A DNA stretch of 64,000 nucleotides from Heptranchias perlo (GCF_035084215.1 NC_090356.1:11842001-11906000), one strand, 5' to 3'. Positions 1 to 12,479 are shown, counted from the first letter of the stretch. The notes: generated by a model from the letters alone, not told the origin. Made by a program: numbers and translations.

Positions 1-689
1 ACAGGGACGATGGGCCAAATGGCCTCCTTCTGTGCTGTAAGATTCTATGATGGCAGACAACCAGGTCTAAATGATCTAAACTTTAATATAGCTGACATAG
101 AAACAATTATTCTGCAAATGGAACTGTTGTGTTGCAGTGAAGTATATCCAGAATTTTTTTTGACATAAACTAACTTGGGTTGGTTCCACTGGAATGGCTC
201 AAACTCTTGCTGGTGGAATGTTCCAGAAGCTACAGTTGCATGGCATGGATACTTTTTAAATTACAACGATTTCTTCCACAACTTGCAGTACAGGCGTGTT
301 CATAAATGTGTCCAGGGTCTAACGATAGACAGAGAAACAGAGGCAAACAATTCTCAGCCCCGGTGCCACTTCAGTCTGCCCCCATGCCCCTGGGTTGCAG
401 AGTTGAAGATATTTTTTGTGCTCCAGTTGGCAAGAATCCTGATTTTGTCTGACTGGGCCAGCCATCTTCCATGACAAGCCTTCAGTGCCTTGCCCAATTG
501 GCCAGTCTTCATGTCCGACCTTATACTTCTCCCTGTCCTGATTTGGAGCCCTGAGTTGTGTGTCCAGCAAACTTTCAGGGTTCAGGGTTCAGTGTTGTAA
601 ATGGCCAAGCGAGATGGCATTAGCAACGTGAATGGGGAAGCAATTGTATCACTTTGTGGCAGGAAGTTTGCAATTGCATTGTGATAGCC

Positions 690-785
690 AAATGTTGACA
701 TAGGTTTTTCCCATAATAAAATATTGACAGGATTTCTTCATTATAAAATGTTGACGTAGGATTTCTTCATTATAAAATGTTGATA
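690..785. repeat. Short tandem repeat, ~30-bp unit x3
   Basis: aaatgttgac..aggatttcttcattata units. Confidence 0.7.
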
Positions 786-1524
786 TAAAAAGCACGACTC
801 AAAAATTATGACACAAGAAGTAAGGTTAATTTGGATAGGAAATGTCTGCCATATATTGGGAGGGAAAGTGATGTGATAGAAGCTTCCTCTCTAAAAGCAA
901 CAAAAATCAAAATTCCCAGCCACAAAAGGACCTTGGTTTAACATTAACTGATCCAGCTCACTGAGACCAAACAGTTGGAAGAAATGTCACACTGGCGCAG
1001 ACTGGAATTCAACGAGCTTGTTGGTAAAACTTAGTTCAAGCTCTACAATCTACCGATGTGGGAGGGCTGGCGACAGACTTAAAGCAGACTTTCATTTCTC
1101 GCCAGTCTGACCACATAATTCACCCACACAAAAATCCCCTTTAACAAGGTTGTAAATTCCAAATGAAGGAAACAATGATCCCTGTACATGGCTGAGGAGT
1201 GGAACCATCTTATTAGATCAACACAATTAAAAATAAATAGAAAATGATTAGATTTTTCCAAAAATTATTTTACTGTATATTTTGGAATACAAATCCATAA
1301 AACCAAGGGAGGGGGACATTATGTCTATAAAATGATGTCATTAAAACTGTGGAACTCCTTTCCGCTCAGTCGTCCCTTCCTCCTACAATCTATAGACCAT
1401 TAAAACTCAAGATTGGGATTATCTAATCACTACTTCCTGGCCTTTTATTCTGTTCTTACAACCTTGGTGATGAACTGCACTGTGGCCCTTTATCTACGTT
1501 CCTTAATAATAACGAAGTACACAC

Positions 1525-1591
1525 CTGTTGCAAGCACACTCAATACAGACAACACAAGGGACAAGTAGTACAGCTCAGGAGTTGTGTTTGC
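1525..1591 (-). CDS. Coding exon D of the 4-TM gene: ANTTPELYYLSLVLSVLSVLAT
   Basis: Long pyrimidine tract plus tag acceptor, donor gtgtgt; 67 nt, phase 0 to 1; in frame with exon C. Confidence 0.8.
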
Positions 1592-2167
1592 CTAAAAAAG
1601 ATAAAGAAAGAAAATCCTTTCAGTGTTAATCCTAAAATCAGTATAAATCCAGTTCTGCAATCAAGATTTGCTATTTCCCTTACATTCAGGTTCTTAACCT
1701 CCAGATTTCCTTGTGTTACACAACATGTAATGATAGTATCTTTCCATACTGTATTTCTATTACCAATTTTCTCTTTTATTCTCCAGATGATTTTGAGTCT
1801 CACAGGGACATTGTTCCACGGGCACTGGCAACCGTCCGGCACTTTGCCCAACTTGCCATTTTTCATGTCAGCTCGTACAGTTGGTGTTTGCTGGCCGTTC
1901 AACCGTGAAGAGCATCACAACCAAGCCCGGTCTTGCCCTTGCCTGACACTCATATGCACATGCTTTCCTGCAGAGCTCACTTGATGGGTGATCATGATTG
2001 GGAAGTCTGGTTGATTTCTTCTCCTCTCTAACCAAGAGGCACTGAAGCCATTGTCTTAACTGCTGCGCCAGCTGAGATCAGCTAACTCAGCACAGACTCT
2101 GAACCGAACCTGACCATCTTCTGGTCTGTACCTCTATGAATATCATTGGGCAGTGCCTTTTCTCCAG

Positions 2168-2540
2168 AGATTTGAGCCTATAATCCAAGTTGACACTTCA
2201 GTGCAGTACTGAGGGAGTGCTGAGGCACCGTCTTTCAGATGAGACGTTAATCTAAGGCCCCATCTACCCTGAGGTCCCTGAATAAAAATTCCATGGCATT
2301 ATTTAAAGAAGAGCCGGGGCATTCTCCCGGTGTCCTGGCCAACATTTATCTCTCAACCAAAACAGATGATCCGGTCATTTCTTTCATTGGTGTTTTTGGG
2401 ACATTGCTGTGCACAAATTGGCTGCCTCAATTCCTACATTATAGCAGCGACTACACTTCAAAAGTACTTCATTGGCTGTAAAGCTCTTTTGGATGTCCTG
2501 AGGTCATGAAAAGTGCTATATAAATCCAAGTTCTTTCTTT
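2168..2540 (+). mobile_element. DeuSINE-type (SacSINE1/AmnSINE1-like) SINE; further copies ~12670-13195(-), 15390-15600, 31630-31960, 33485-33805, 38515-38965
   Basis: cagtgcagtactgagggagtgctg...gatgagacgttaa central domain and L2-like tail gctatataaat(c/g)caagt; the family name comes from recall of consensus sequences. Confidence 0.7.
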
Positions 2541-2675
2541 TAGACTATTAATGGAGCAACTCCACCATGTTTGAAAAGTAGACCAGAGTTTCTGGTTAAA
2601 CATAAAACGGAATACAGCACCTGACAGTATAATCATGACATAAAAAACTGCAACAGATGATAAAGAAAAACTTAC

Positions 2676-2806
2676 ACACTGAGGTGCAGTAACAGTGAAG
2701 GCAGTAGTTAGGATTCCCTGTGCAAAAGATCCGACTCCATATACATGAAAAGCCACTTTCACCTCACGAGGGATTGGGTCCATCAAGGTCAAAAGGACTG
2801 TAAATC
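2676..2806 (-). CDS. Coding exon C of the 4-TM gene: (G)FTVLLTLMDPIPREVKVAFHVYGVGSFAQGILTTAFTVTAPQC
   Basis: Acceptor tcttctttag, donor gtaagt; 131 nt, phase 1 to 0; overlaps ORF 2469..2792(-). Confidence 0.8.
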
Positions 2807-3619
2807 CTAAAGAAGATTCGCTAGAATTAGATCAATTTGTCCACTTACTTACAAATGACTTTAACAACATAACCATTTGTTTTATTATTTTCGTATGACA
2901 CAGCTCTAATTTAAATCCAACATGGCTGGTGATGCTAAAATTGATCAACCTGCTCTCTGTTTAATCACAATAGATAAATTATTTTCCACATATTGCTAAT
3001 CCAGTCAACAGTAAGTAAAGAAAAATTTCTACTTTCTAGACCAAATTTTCACAAGAAAATGCTAATTTGAACTTATTTAAATGAAACAAACTGTTCAGTT
3101 TGCAGCACTGTAGGAAAATATTTGTTTCTCTCAGCACACTCCTTCCAATTTTTTTTCCATGTGTTGCTTTTTACACAGTCCCACAGGTTTATGGGTCAAC
3201 CTATGTGATGCTATCCATGTCCTGTTGGGGTGCTTTTTGAACTAAATACCTGTTTGAACATGAAACTTCTTCATGCAGAAGTCCACAACTTAAGTCTTTA
3301 AAGAAAACATTACCTGTGACGATTCTGCCGGACAGTTAAATAGTTGAACAATCCCTTTACTCAAATCTGAAGAATACATAGAGAACATGGTCTAAAGCTA
3401 AAATGTCTAATTGCAGAGTAGGGTTTGACTCTACATTCTATCTTGACTTTTGACATGTGATGATGCCAGTGGTTCTTTATCTACTGGAAATTAATTCCAT
3501 GTTTCACCACAGAATCAAGAGCCAAAATCCTACAGAAATATATGATCCTAAGCTATGGGTAATTAACAACATTGTAGACACTGCAATGTACATACAACAC
3601 TGTTAATAGACTGCAATAG

Positions 3620-4220
3620 ATATTTACTGCAATAGACATTTACAGCACAGAAGGAGGCCATGCAGTTCATCAATTCTGACCTGGCTCTCCGCTGGAGCAA
3701 TCCAAAACCAATCTCTCTGCCTCACACTCTCCATCTGCTTCAAATATTTGTCCACTTTTCCTTAAAAGGTGCAGTGGCCTCTGCCTCAACTATTCCTTAT
3801 GGCAAAGCATTCCATTCTCCAACAATTCTGTACAAAAAATTAATTCTCCTAACCTCTCTCCTCACTCTCAATGACAATTTTAAATTGATGAGGCCTTGTC
3901 ACTGATTCCCCAACCTGAGGAAATACTCCTTCCCTATTGAAAACCCTTCATAAATTTAAAATCTTACATTAAATCTTCTCTTAGCCTCCTCTTATCCAGT
4001 GAAAATAGCATCAGTATCTCAAGTCTCTCATCCTAAATATTGTTTCCATTCCTTGCCATTGTCTTGGTGAATCTATGCAGTAGACTCTCTATGACTTTAA
4101 TATCCGTTCTCTGAGGGGGCACCCAAAACTGCACACACAACTTTAACTTGTAGTTCCATTGCCGTGGATGAATTTACTAATACCTCTCTACTCTCGTACT
4201 CTCTTTATAAAACCCAAAAT
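3620..4220 (-). mobile_element. Decayed CR1 3' fragment; similar fragments at ~4600-4950(-), 7380-7660(+), 16780-17120(+), 29690-29940(-), 45090-46450(-), 52560-53140(-), 56840-57243(+)
   Basis: Recognisable CR1 ORF2 C-terminus and 3' UTR similarity to the longer copies in the window. Confidence 0.75.
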
Positions 4221-4342
4221 GAGAATTTTATCTCAAATTATGGATGCCAAGAGTGAGAAATACTTCTAAATACTTCTTTTACTTAATTATCATGGATTGT
4301 AAAATCAGTACTGAAAGATAGTGATGGCTACCTGCCTCTTAC

Positions 4343-4422
4343 CTGTCATAAGGAAAGTGAAGATTATAAAACTGGTCAGGTTGTTGAGGAGGGGCTGGTC
4401 ACAGTATCGGGATGACTTTGGT
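4343..4422 (-). CDS. Coding exon B of the 4-TM gene: (R)PKSSRYCDQPLLNNLTSFIIFTFLMT(G)
   Basis: Acceptor tttatctttcag, donor gtaaga; 80 nt, phase 2 to 1; C-x-Q-P motif followed by a hydrophobic segment. Confidence 0.8.
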
Positions 4423-5123
4423 CTGAAAGATAAACCACAAACAAGAAACCAGTTTAAGAACTTGATTTTTGTGTGTGGGGAGGAGTGGCGAGGAGGTGGG
4501 GCGGGGGGGGGGGAAAGAGAATGGGTGAAGAACAAAAAAACACAAGAGTCTCAGGTTACTGATCAACAGAATAGCTTATCCATATCTTGGAACAATGATA
4601 ATTACATAGAATTTACGGCACGGAAGCAGGTCATTCGGCCTAACTGGTCTGTGCCGGTGTTTATGCTCCACACGGGCCTCCTCCCACCCTACTTCATCCA
4701 ACCCTATCAGCATAACCTTTCCTTTCTCCCTCATCTACTTATCTAGCTTCCCTTAATTGCATCTATGCTAGTCACCACAGTCACTCCATGTGGTAGCAAA
4801 TTCCACATTCCAACCACTCTCTGGGCAAAAAACGTTTCTCCTGAATTCTCTATTGGTTTCATTAGTGACTGTCTTATATTTATGGCCCCTAGTTCTGGTC
4901 TTCCCTGCATGTAGAAACATCTTCTCTACGTCTACCCTATCAAACCCCTCAGTCTTCCTTTTTGTGGTGCTTCTCCTCCCAATGCTCTCCGAGTTGAGAT
5001 TGACCAGCTCAGCACAGACCAAGGATCGAACCTGGGATCGAACTGGCCCGAACGACTCACTATCAACCGTTTTTGAATGAACCATCAGGTAGGGTCACAT
5101 TTTGTTTCAAATGTTTGACTTAC

Positions 5124-5186
5124 CTTACCAGCACAAATATCTGAGGGAAAAGGAAGTTGGCCACAAGCAGAACCACCAGGATTTGA
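5124..5186 (-). CDS. Internal coding exon A of a 4-TM membrane protein gene (probable TMEM274 ortholog): QILVVLLVANFLFPQIFVLV(R)
   Basis: Minus-strand acceptor tttgcttctag and donor gtaagt; 63 nt, phase 2 to 2; splices in frame to 4343-4422; hydrophobic segment 1. Confidence 0.75.
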
Positions 5187-5280
5187 CTAGAAGCAAATAC
5201 AAATTAGTAACAGTATTAATAATTGTCACTTTTTGTAGAGAATTAAAATGCAAATTCATTAAAAAGCTGCATGAACTCAC

Positions 5281-5309
5281 CCTGCCATCAACCCCCTCCT
5301 AAAAAGCAT
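5281..5309 (-). CDS. Candidate N-terminal coding segment of the 4-TM gene (MLFRRGLMAG)
   Basis: ATG at 5309; strong donor gtgagt at 5280; phase 2 fits exon A across a 94-nt intron. An alternative candidate exon is 7859-7891 (RQLPKRSRAK). Confidence 0.35.
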
Positions 5310-7109
5310 TCTGTGCTTGTTTCTACATCTGCCTCAGCCAGGATAGCAGAATGATCTGGAGCAGGAGTCTCCAAACGGCATCCCTAAGGCCATATGTCGC
5401 CCCTGAACCCTAGCTACTCAATCCCATTTGGGCTTGGATTTTTTATTTGCTGGTTTGTCCTGTTTGTAATATGTGGGCCTGGAGGTTCGGGAAGGGCTGT
5501 TTTTAAGCTACGTTGCCTCACAGGTGGATCAATCCTCACGCTGAATGCACCAAAATCTCATAGTATAGGGAGGAATGGACCCCCCACCCCCACCGCCTTC
5601 TGACTTAAATCTGGAACAGATGAAGGTCTGGGGCCAGGTTGTCTGCCATCTTCCCAGTGAGTGCATGGTGCAGGGAGACTAAAGAGAATGAAAACAGGAT
5701 TAAAGGATAACATCCCTTCTGAATGAACTGCACTGTAACTTTGAACATAATTTCAAACACCGTCTTCCATACACGACTCCCTCTTTAAACGTACCCTGGC
5801 TTTCATGTACAGATTTGGTAGAATTTTCTAAATATTCTTGGTTTAAGTGTTTATAAATACTGCAATTTGATGCGCTCAGCACTGTGTGCTTAACTGAGCT
5901 CCAGTACAAATGCCTGCAACTGTGTGAGTCAGTACTAAAGGCTGTTGTGTTGATGTGGGAATTAGAAAAAAAAGGAATGCAGTATCAACATGAATCAAAA
6001 CATATTAGCAAGAGGCATTCCTGTAATATCCCTCTATTGTATAGAGAAGGACACAGCTACTGGAAATAGAATTTCCCGGTCATTTCACTGTAAATTATTT
6101 TTCTCAATGGAAGTGACAATAACTTCACAATGTTTTATTTCATTTCTTTTTCTTTCGCTCCTGAAGGTATCAAATCATCCTGGGGTTTGGTTCCGCAGAC
6201 ACAGGCAGCCCTCCTGGACCAAGTGGTCATTCTCCTGTGGAGGGCATCACAAGCCAAGCTTGATCCTGTCCTGACACATGTACACTTTTCAGCAGAGGTT
6301 AGTGGATATTCAGTTGGTGAGGGTCACCTGCCTGATTTTTTCCCCCTTCACTTAATCCAAGGGCACTGATGCCAAATGCATCGCCCCTCCTCCTACCCTG
6401 GCAGAGGTCTGCTAATTCAGCCCAGGCAGTTCCTGCTCTGTGTAATTTAATGCAACATCAGGCACAAACATCAGAATGGTTAATCCTTGGGTTATCAGAC
6501 ACTGATGACACGAGGTGCACTTGAAAAGTCAGTCAGCGTAAAAATGGATCCAAAATGGATTTTTAAAAATTGTTTGCCCTTGTAAATACCAATTTGGGTT
6601 TAGATAACACTCCTGATTTTTTTTTTCTTTCCCATGTAAGGTCTGCTCCAACAGACATTAATTGTTGAACTGGGAGGCTGGACAGAAAATTACCTTCCCA
6701 GTAACTGGTAATGTTCCTCTCAACCGCTCAGGGAGGGGAGGCATTTTGCTTTTTTGAAAGATTTTGTAAGTTCAGTACATCACTGGGATATATTTTCTGC
6801 TGTTCTTTGACTATTAGTTCTGCTAATTTTATCATTCTCAGTAAACCTGATCAGCAGTTTATAGCCAACTGCCTATTTTGTCTGTCAGCTAGAGAAGTCT
6901 GAAGTTATTATTTAACACCGATCTTATCAGTTACACAAAGGAATTCATTATTCACCCGGCATGCTACCTCCCAAAATACTTCATGTATAAATGTGGGCTT
7001 GTCTATGGAAAGCAGTCTTTCGTGCTTGGTTTGAGAAAAAGTATCTGAAGAATGTCTGAATCATAACACACAACATTGGCACACCCAAGACCCCAAACTC
7101 ATAGCTTTC

Positions 7110-7372
7110 CCCCAATCGCCCAGTGAGTTTATTCCAATCAGTAGCTGATCCAAACATATCGATCAGGTAGGTCCCAGGTTCAGTCCCCGGTCTGTGCCGC
7201 AGCAGCTGAGCTCTGCCAGGGTGGTAGAATGCATGCTTCATTTGGGCTTCAGCATCCTTATGTTAAGAAGGAGATAGTTGGCCCAGGTTCCTGCTCCTGA
7301 CTGGTATCCAGAAACTGCCGCTGGAAGTGTGCATGTGTGGAGTTTGGGTGAGGGAGGAATTGGACTCAGTTG
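7110..7372 (+). mobile_element. tRNA-derived SINE family; more than 10 copies (e.g. ~1790-2150, 6180-6500, 13230-13610, 25700-26030, 32750-33060, 36900-37300, 39420-39720, 55940-56240)
   Basis: Recurrent aggtcccaggttc (B-box-like)...tgtgctgagttagctgatctcagc...gaggacagga motifs on both strands. Confidence 0.65.
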
Positions 7373-8129
7373 TGCCAAATTAAGATAATTGGCAAAAGAA
7401 CCAGAGGTGTGGGGATGAGAAGAATTTTTTTTTAACGCAGCGAGTTGTTATGGTCTGGAATGCACTGCCTGAAAGGGTGGTGGAAGCAGAATCAATAGTA
7501 ACTTTCAAAAGGGAACTGAATAAATACTTGAAAGGGGAAAATATGCAGGGCAAGGGGGAAAGAGCAGGGGAGTGGGACTAATTCAATAGCTCTTTCAAAG
7601 AGCCAGCACAGGCATGATGGGCTGAAAGGCCATCTTCTGTGGTGTATGTTTCTATGATTCAATATGCCATCCACACTTTCAAAATAGCCTCCCAATATTT
7701 ACTGTCACTATTGATATCTGACGAATGGTACCGGATTGTGCACAAAGCCCATGGAACTGTATACCAGCAAGGAGAAGTGGGGAGAGGAGAAAACGAACAG
7801 AGAAAATTGGCAAGAAAAAGCTTTTGAAAAAAACTCAAATTCTCAGAGATATGCTTACAATTTTGCTCTACTGCGCTTAGGCAGCTGTCTGCTGAAATGA
7901 TAGGCAGTGTGAGCGAGGCAGTAATGCAGCATCGTATGGCCAATCAGTCCTTGATATCTGAAACAAAAAAAAGTTACCAAACAGACAACACAATGATCTG
8001 TCAAATAATTATCATTCCAATAAGATGCATGTCTTGGGAAATGAAATTGGTGGAGTTGTTGAAAATCAGCTAGATTACACATGGAGCAGGTTCAATGTAA
8101 AATGGCCTTTTCTCCTTACGTTAACATAT

Positions 8130-9300
8130 CACCCCTTAAACTGGCCACTGAAATGCTCACCAAGCAATTTCCCTTCCTGGCCCCCTTGCTAGCTGATGCT
8201 GTAAATGTTTCCCTCTCCTTAGATATTGTCCCACCTCTCTTTCAAAACCACCGTCATCACCTCCCTCCTCAACTAGCCCACCAATAACCCCTCTGTCCTG
8301 GCAAACTACTGCCTCCACTTCCAACCTCCCTTTCCTCTTTGAAGTATGTGAATGTGATGTGGCCTCCCAAATCCATGACCACCTCTCCTGCAACTTCCTG
8401 CTTTAATCTCTCCAATCAGGTTTCCGCCTCCTCCGACACTATCAAAACGGCCCTAACCAAAGTCACAAATGTGACTGTGGTACATCGTCCCTCCTTATCA
8501 TCCTCAACCTCTCTGCAGCTGTGATGTGGTCGATCGCGCCATCCTCCTCCACTGACCTGGGACTGCCCTTGCTTGGTTCCACTCTTAGCAATACAATCAT
8601 AGCCATAGCAATGGCATCGCTTTTCTGTCCTTATCCCCCCCGGACTCCCTCAGTTACATGCTGCCCCTTTGCGGCATCATCCAAAGTCATGAGGTCAACT
8701 TCTACATGTACACTGATGACACCCAGCTCTACCTCTCCACCACCTCTCTCAAACCCTCCACTGCCTCTGTGCTGTCAGACTGCTTTGTCATCTCCAGACT
8801 CGACCATTCCAATGCTCTCCTGGTCACTTCCCAAACCTCGGCCTCTGTAAATGTCAGCTCATCCAAAATTCTACTGCCCGTATCCTATCCTGCACCTAGT
8901 CTTTCTTGCCCATCGCCCCTGTCCTTGCCGACCTACATTGGATCCCAGTCCCTCTATCCCACAAATTCTTATCAGTCTGTTTAAACCCCATCATGGACTC
9001 ACCCCTATCTTTGTAACCTCCTACAACCCCCCCCTCTCCCAACCAAAATCTCTGTTCCTCTGATTCTGGCTTCTTGTGCATACCCCATCTGTCAGCCCAC
9101 CATTGACAACCATGCCTTCAGCAGCCTAGAGCTCATGCTCAGGAAGTCCCTCCCTAAAACCTCCTCTCCTCCTTTAAGTCATCCTGAAAACCCACCTCAA
9201 GCATTTTTGATTACCTCTCCTAATATCTCATTTTTTCGCACTGCGTCCATTTTTTTAAAATTACAATTCTATGAAACACTGATACATTTTTCCACGTTCA
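8130..9300 (+). mobile_element. L2-clade LINE fragment
   Basis: YTDDTQLYLS and SRLDHSNALL motifs; pyrimidine-rich strand. Confidence 0.85.
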
Positions 9301-11399
9301 TGGAAGTTACTGTATGGTCCATGCAACATATGCTGTGACTAGTACAAAGAATTCCATACAAACTTCGTGAAGATAGTAAAGAATGAAAGCATGATGTAAA
9401 CCCTCACTTATTTATCATTGCATCCACTGGCTGTACTCAGCACATCTAAGTTAGGCCCATGGGGATACTGGGTTTCACATATATTAAGTCAAAATTCCTT
9501 AAGGCCAGGGTCCAATATTTCAATTGATCTACCTTTGCATCTGTCTTGGGTTTCATTGCAGTTGGCAGGTTGTGTTTTATAATCATTTGCCCCTGCTGCT
9601 ATCTCCCTTTTCCTCTTGAAGACATTGATACTTATTATATAATTCCATGGGAGTCAATTGCCATTCTTGTGTCAGTCCGGATAGCGAATGCTTGCAGGCT
9701 ATTCAAGCATGGAAGGCATCACGGCCGAGCCTTACTCTGCTCTCACCTAATGTCTACATACATGCACTTTCCAGTAGGCCTCAATCAGGAGTGAGAACCC
9801 TAGCTGATTCCCCAGGGGCAGTTAGTCCATCTGGGAATGTGGAATGTGCATGGCTGATCACCACAGCATCAGGGAAACTCCTTAATCTTTGCTTCCAAAA
9901 AACAAATTCTCCACACACAATCCATTTTGTGCCCTCCCAAATGGGCAATTAGAAATAAAAAGACAATTGCAGAGCTTGGAATTAGCCAGGACTGGGCAGA
10001 TCCTGGGTCCCAGCATAAACAAGGCACAAAATCTAATCCCCAGTGGGTATAAATTCCACAGCACAAAAAAAAACCCATCAAATTTATCTTTAATTGACAC
10101 CAGCGCGTTTCAGCAACTGCTGAAGAGATACATGCCCTAAATTTCTTCTGAATAGCGAGATTAAACTCCCTCACCTGTGAAAGAATGGGCAAAACGCTTG
10201 GAAATGGTGAAATCAACAACGAGGGGGACATGGCTGTCTCCTAGCAACAGAGACAATTTGAAACTAAATATCTGGTCTCAACGTTCGATGATTCTTTTTA
10301 ATCTACTCTTTGTCTCCAGTGTAAAACTTGTCAAATGATCACATCCTCTGTCTGTATATAATCGTTAAAAAGAGAAATAAATTAACATAATCCCCGTAGA
10401 CTGGAAATGTACAGAAAGCAGAGGGAGAAAAATAAATAAATTTTTGGTTTAACCGGTTACTTTACAAACTTGCAAAACAACTTTTTTTCTTTTTTTGGTT
10501 TAACTACCAGTTGAGACTTTACTACTTCCAAATTTATTTTAATTTTACTTTAAAAAAGGAAAGGAAATAACTAATCGTAACGTTCAGATCGCGTCTCTTC
10601 CAGGAGCCACCCACCAAAAGCCGACTCGCCAACACTGAGTTCTGGAAAATGCTGCCATTAGTTCAAAGTTTCACGCCCCGTTTGGCGTAAAAAATTGCAA
10701 AGAAAGTACCGGGACTGAGAGGATCGCCTTCATTGTCTGCAGATTTTCTTGTAAACAACAGTCACCGCCTCAGCGCTTTTGACCACCACGAAATTGGCGA
10801 CTAGGAGGAGAATGAGAAGTAAAATAGCCAAGGACTGAGCGATGACTTTCAACATGTTGCCAGTCTGCGGTCCAATGGTCGATCTGATCCAGTCAGTCCG
10901 ACTCCCTCTCTTTGATCCATCCTCTAACTAACCCAGATCCAGGTTTTATCTCTCTCTCTCTCTCTCTCCATAGGTAGGATCCCAGGGACCTTTTTTTCCC
11001 TCTCTCACCACATTTCTTCCCTCCCATTCTCGGCCTCAATCCCTCCTTATCTCTGTAACCTCCTCCAGCTCTACAACCCTCCGAGAACTCTGATCCCCAC
11101 CATTGGCGGCCATGCCTTCAGCTGCCTCGGCCCCAAGCTCTGGAATTCCCTCCCTAATCCTCTCCTCCTTTAAGATGCTCCTTAAAACCAATCTCTTTGA
11201 ACAAGCTTTCAGTCATGCCTCCTAATGGCTTGGTGTCAATTTTTGTCATCACGCTCCTGTGACACGCTGTTGGACGTTTTCCTCTGTTAAAAGACGCTAT
11301 AAAAATGCAGGTTCTTGTTGTGGAAGGTATTGTTTTCTTAGACACTTCAGCAGGCACTGATTGCTCTCAGTACCTGGCCCATGTGGACTATTATTCACG

Positions 11400-11968
11400 T
11401 GTGAGCCATTCGGCCCATCAGGTCCATGCCGGCTCTGCGCGGGAATGGTCCGGCCAGTCCCGCACCCCCGTCTTTTCCCAGTGGCCTTGCAATTTTTCTC
11501 CTTTCAAGTACTTGTCCGGTTTCCTTTTGGGGGCCACGGTTGAGTCTGCTTCCGCCGCCCACTCTGACAGTGCGTTCCAGATCATAACCACTCGCTGTGT
11601 AAAAAAGTTTTTCCTCATGTCACCTTTGGTTCTTTTGTCAATCACCTTAAACCTATGTCCTCTGGTTCTTGACCCTTCCACTAATGGGAACAGTTTCCCT
11701 CTATCTACTCTGTCTTGACCCCTCATGATTTTGAACACTTCTATCAAATCTCCTCTCAACCGGCTCTGTTCCAAGGAGAACAACCCCAGCTTCTCCAGTC
11801 TATCCACATAACTGAAGTCCCTCATTCCTGGTATCATTCTAGTAAATCTGTTCTGCACCCTCTCTAAGGCCTTCACATCTTTCCTAAGTGCGGTGCTCAG
11901 AACTGGACACAATAATCCAGTTGTGGTCGAACCAGTGTTTTATAAAGGTTCATCATGACTTCCTTGCT
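11400..11968 (-). mobile_element. CR1 LINE 3' fragment
   Basis: ORF2 C-terminus LERVQNRFTRMIPG...LRGDLIEVFKI...FFTQRVV. Confidence 0.9.
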
Positions 11969-12479
11969 TGCCATAGAGGGAGTGCAGCGAAGATTCACCA
12001 GAATGATTCCTGGGATGGCAGGACTGTCATATGAAGAGAGATTGGGTCGACTCGGCCTGTATTCACTCGAGTTTAGAAGAATGAGAGGGGATCTCATTGA
12101 AACATATAAAATTCTGACAGGGCTAGACAGACTGGATTCAGGGAGGATGTTTCCCCTGACTGGGGGGTCCAGAACGAGGGGTCACAGTCTCAGGATATGG
12201 GGTAGAACATTTAGCACTGAGATGAGGAGAAATTTCTTCACTCAGAGGGTGGTGAACCTATGGAATTCTCTACCACAGAAGGCTGTGGCGGCCAAGTCAC
12301 TGAATATATTTAAGAAGGAGCTTGATCGATTTCTAGACACAAAAGGCATCAAGGGGTATGGGGAGAGAGCGGGAATATGGTATTGAGATAGAAGATCAGC
12401 CATGATCATATTGAATGGCGGATTAGGCTCGAAGGGCCGAATGGCCTACTCCTGCTCCTATTTTCTATGTTTCTATGTT
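11969..12479 (+). mobile_element. CR1 LINE 3' fragment (different subfamily)
   Basis: EGVQRRFTRMIPG...MRGDLIETYKI; 3' hairpin and (TTTCTATG)n tail. Confidence 0.9.

Noticed and set aside
3314-3366. Minus-strand exon-like segment with AG/GT ends inside the 4-TM gene
   Set aside because: At 53 nt it would shift the frame between exons B and C, and the frame compatible with exon C contains a stop.
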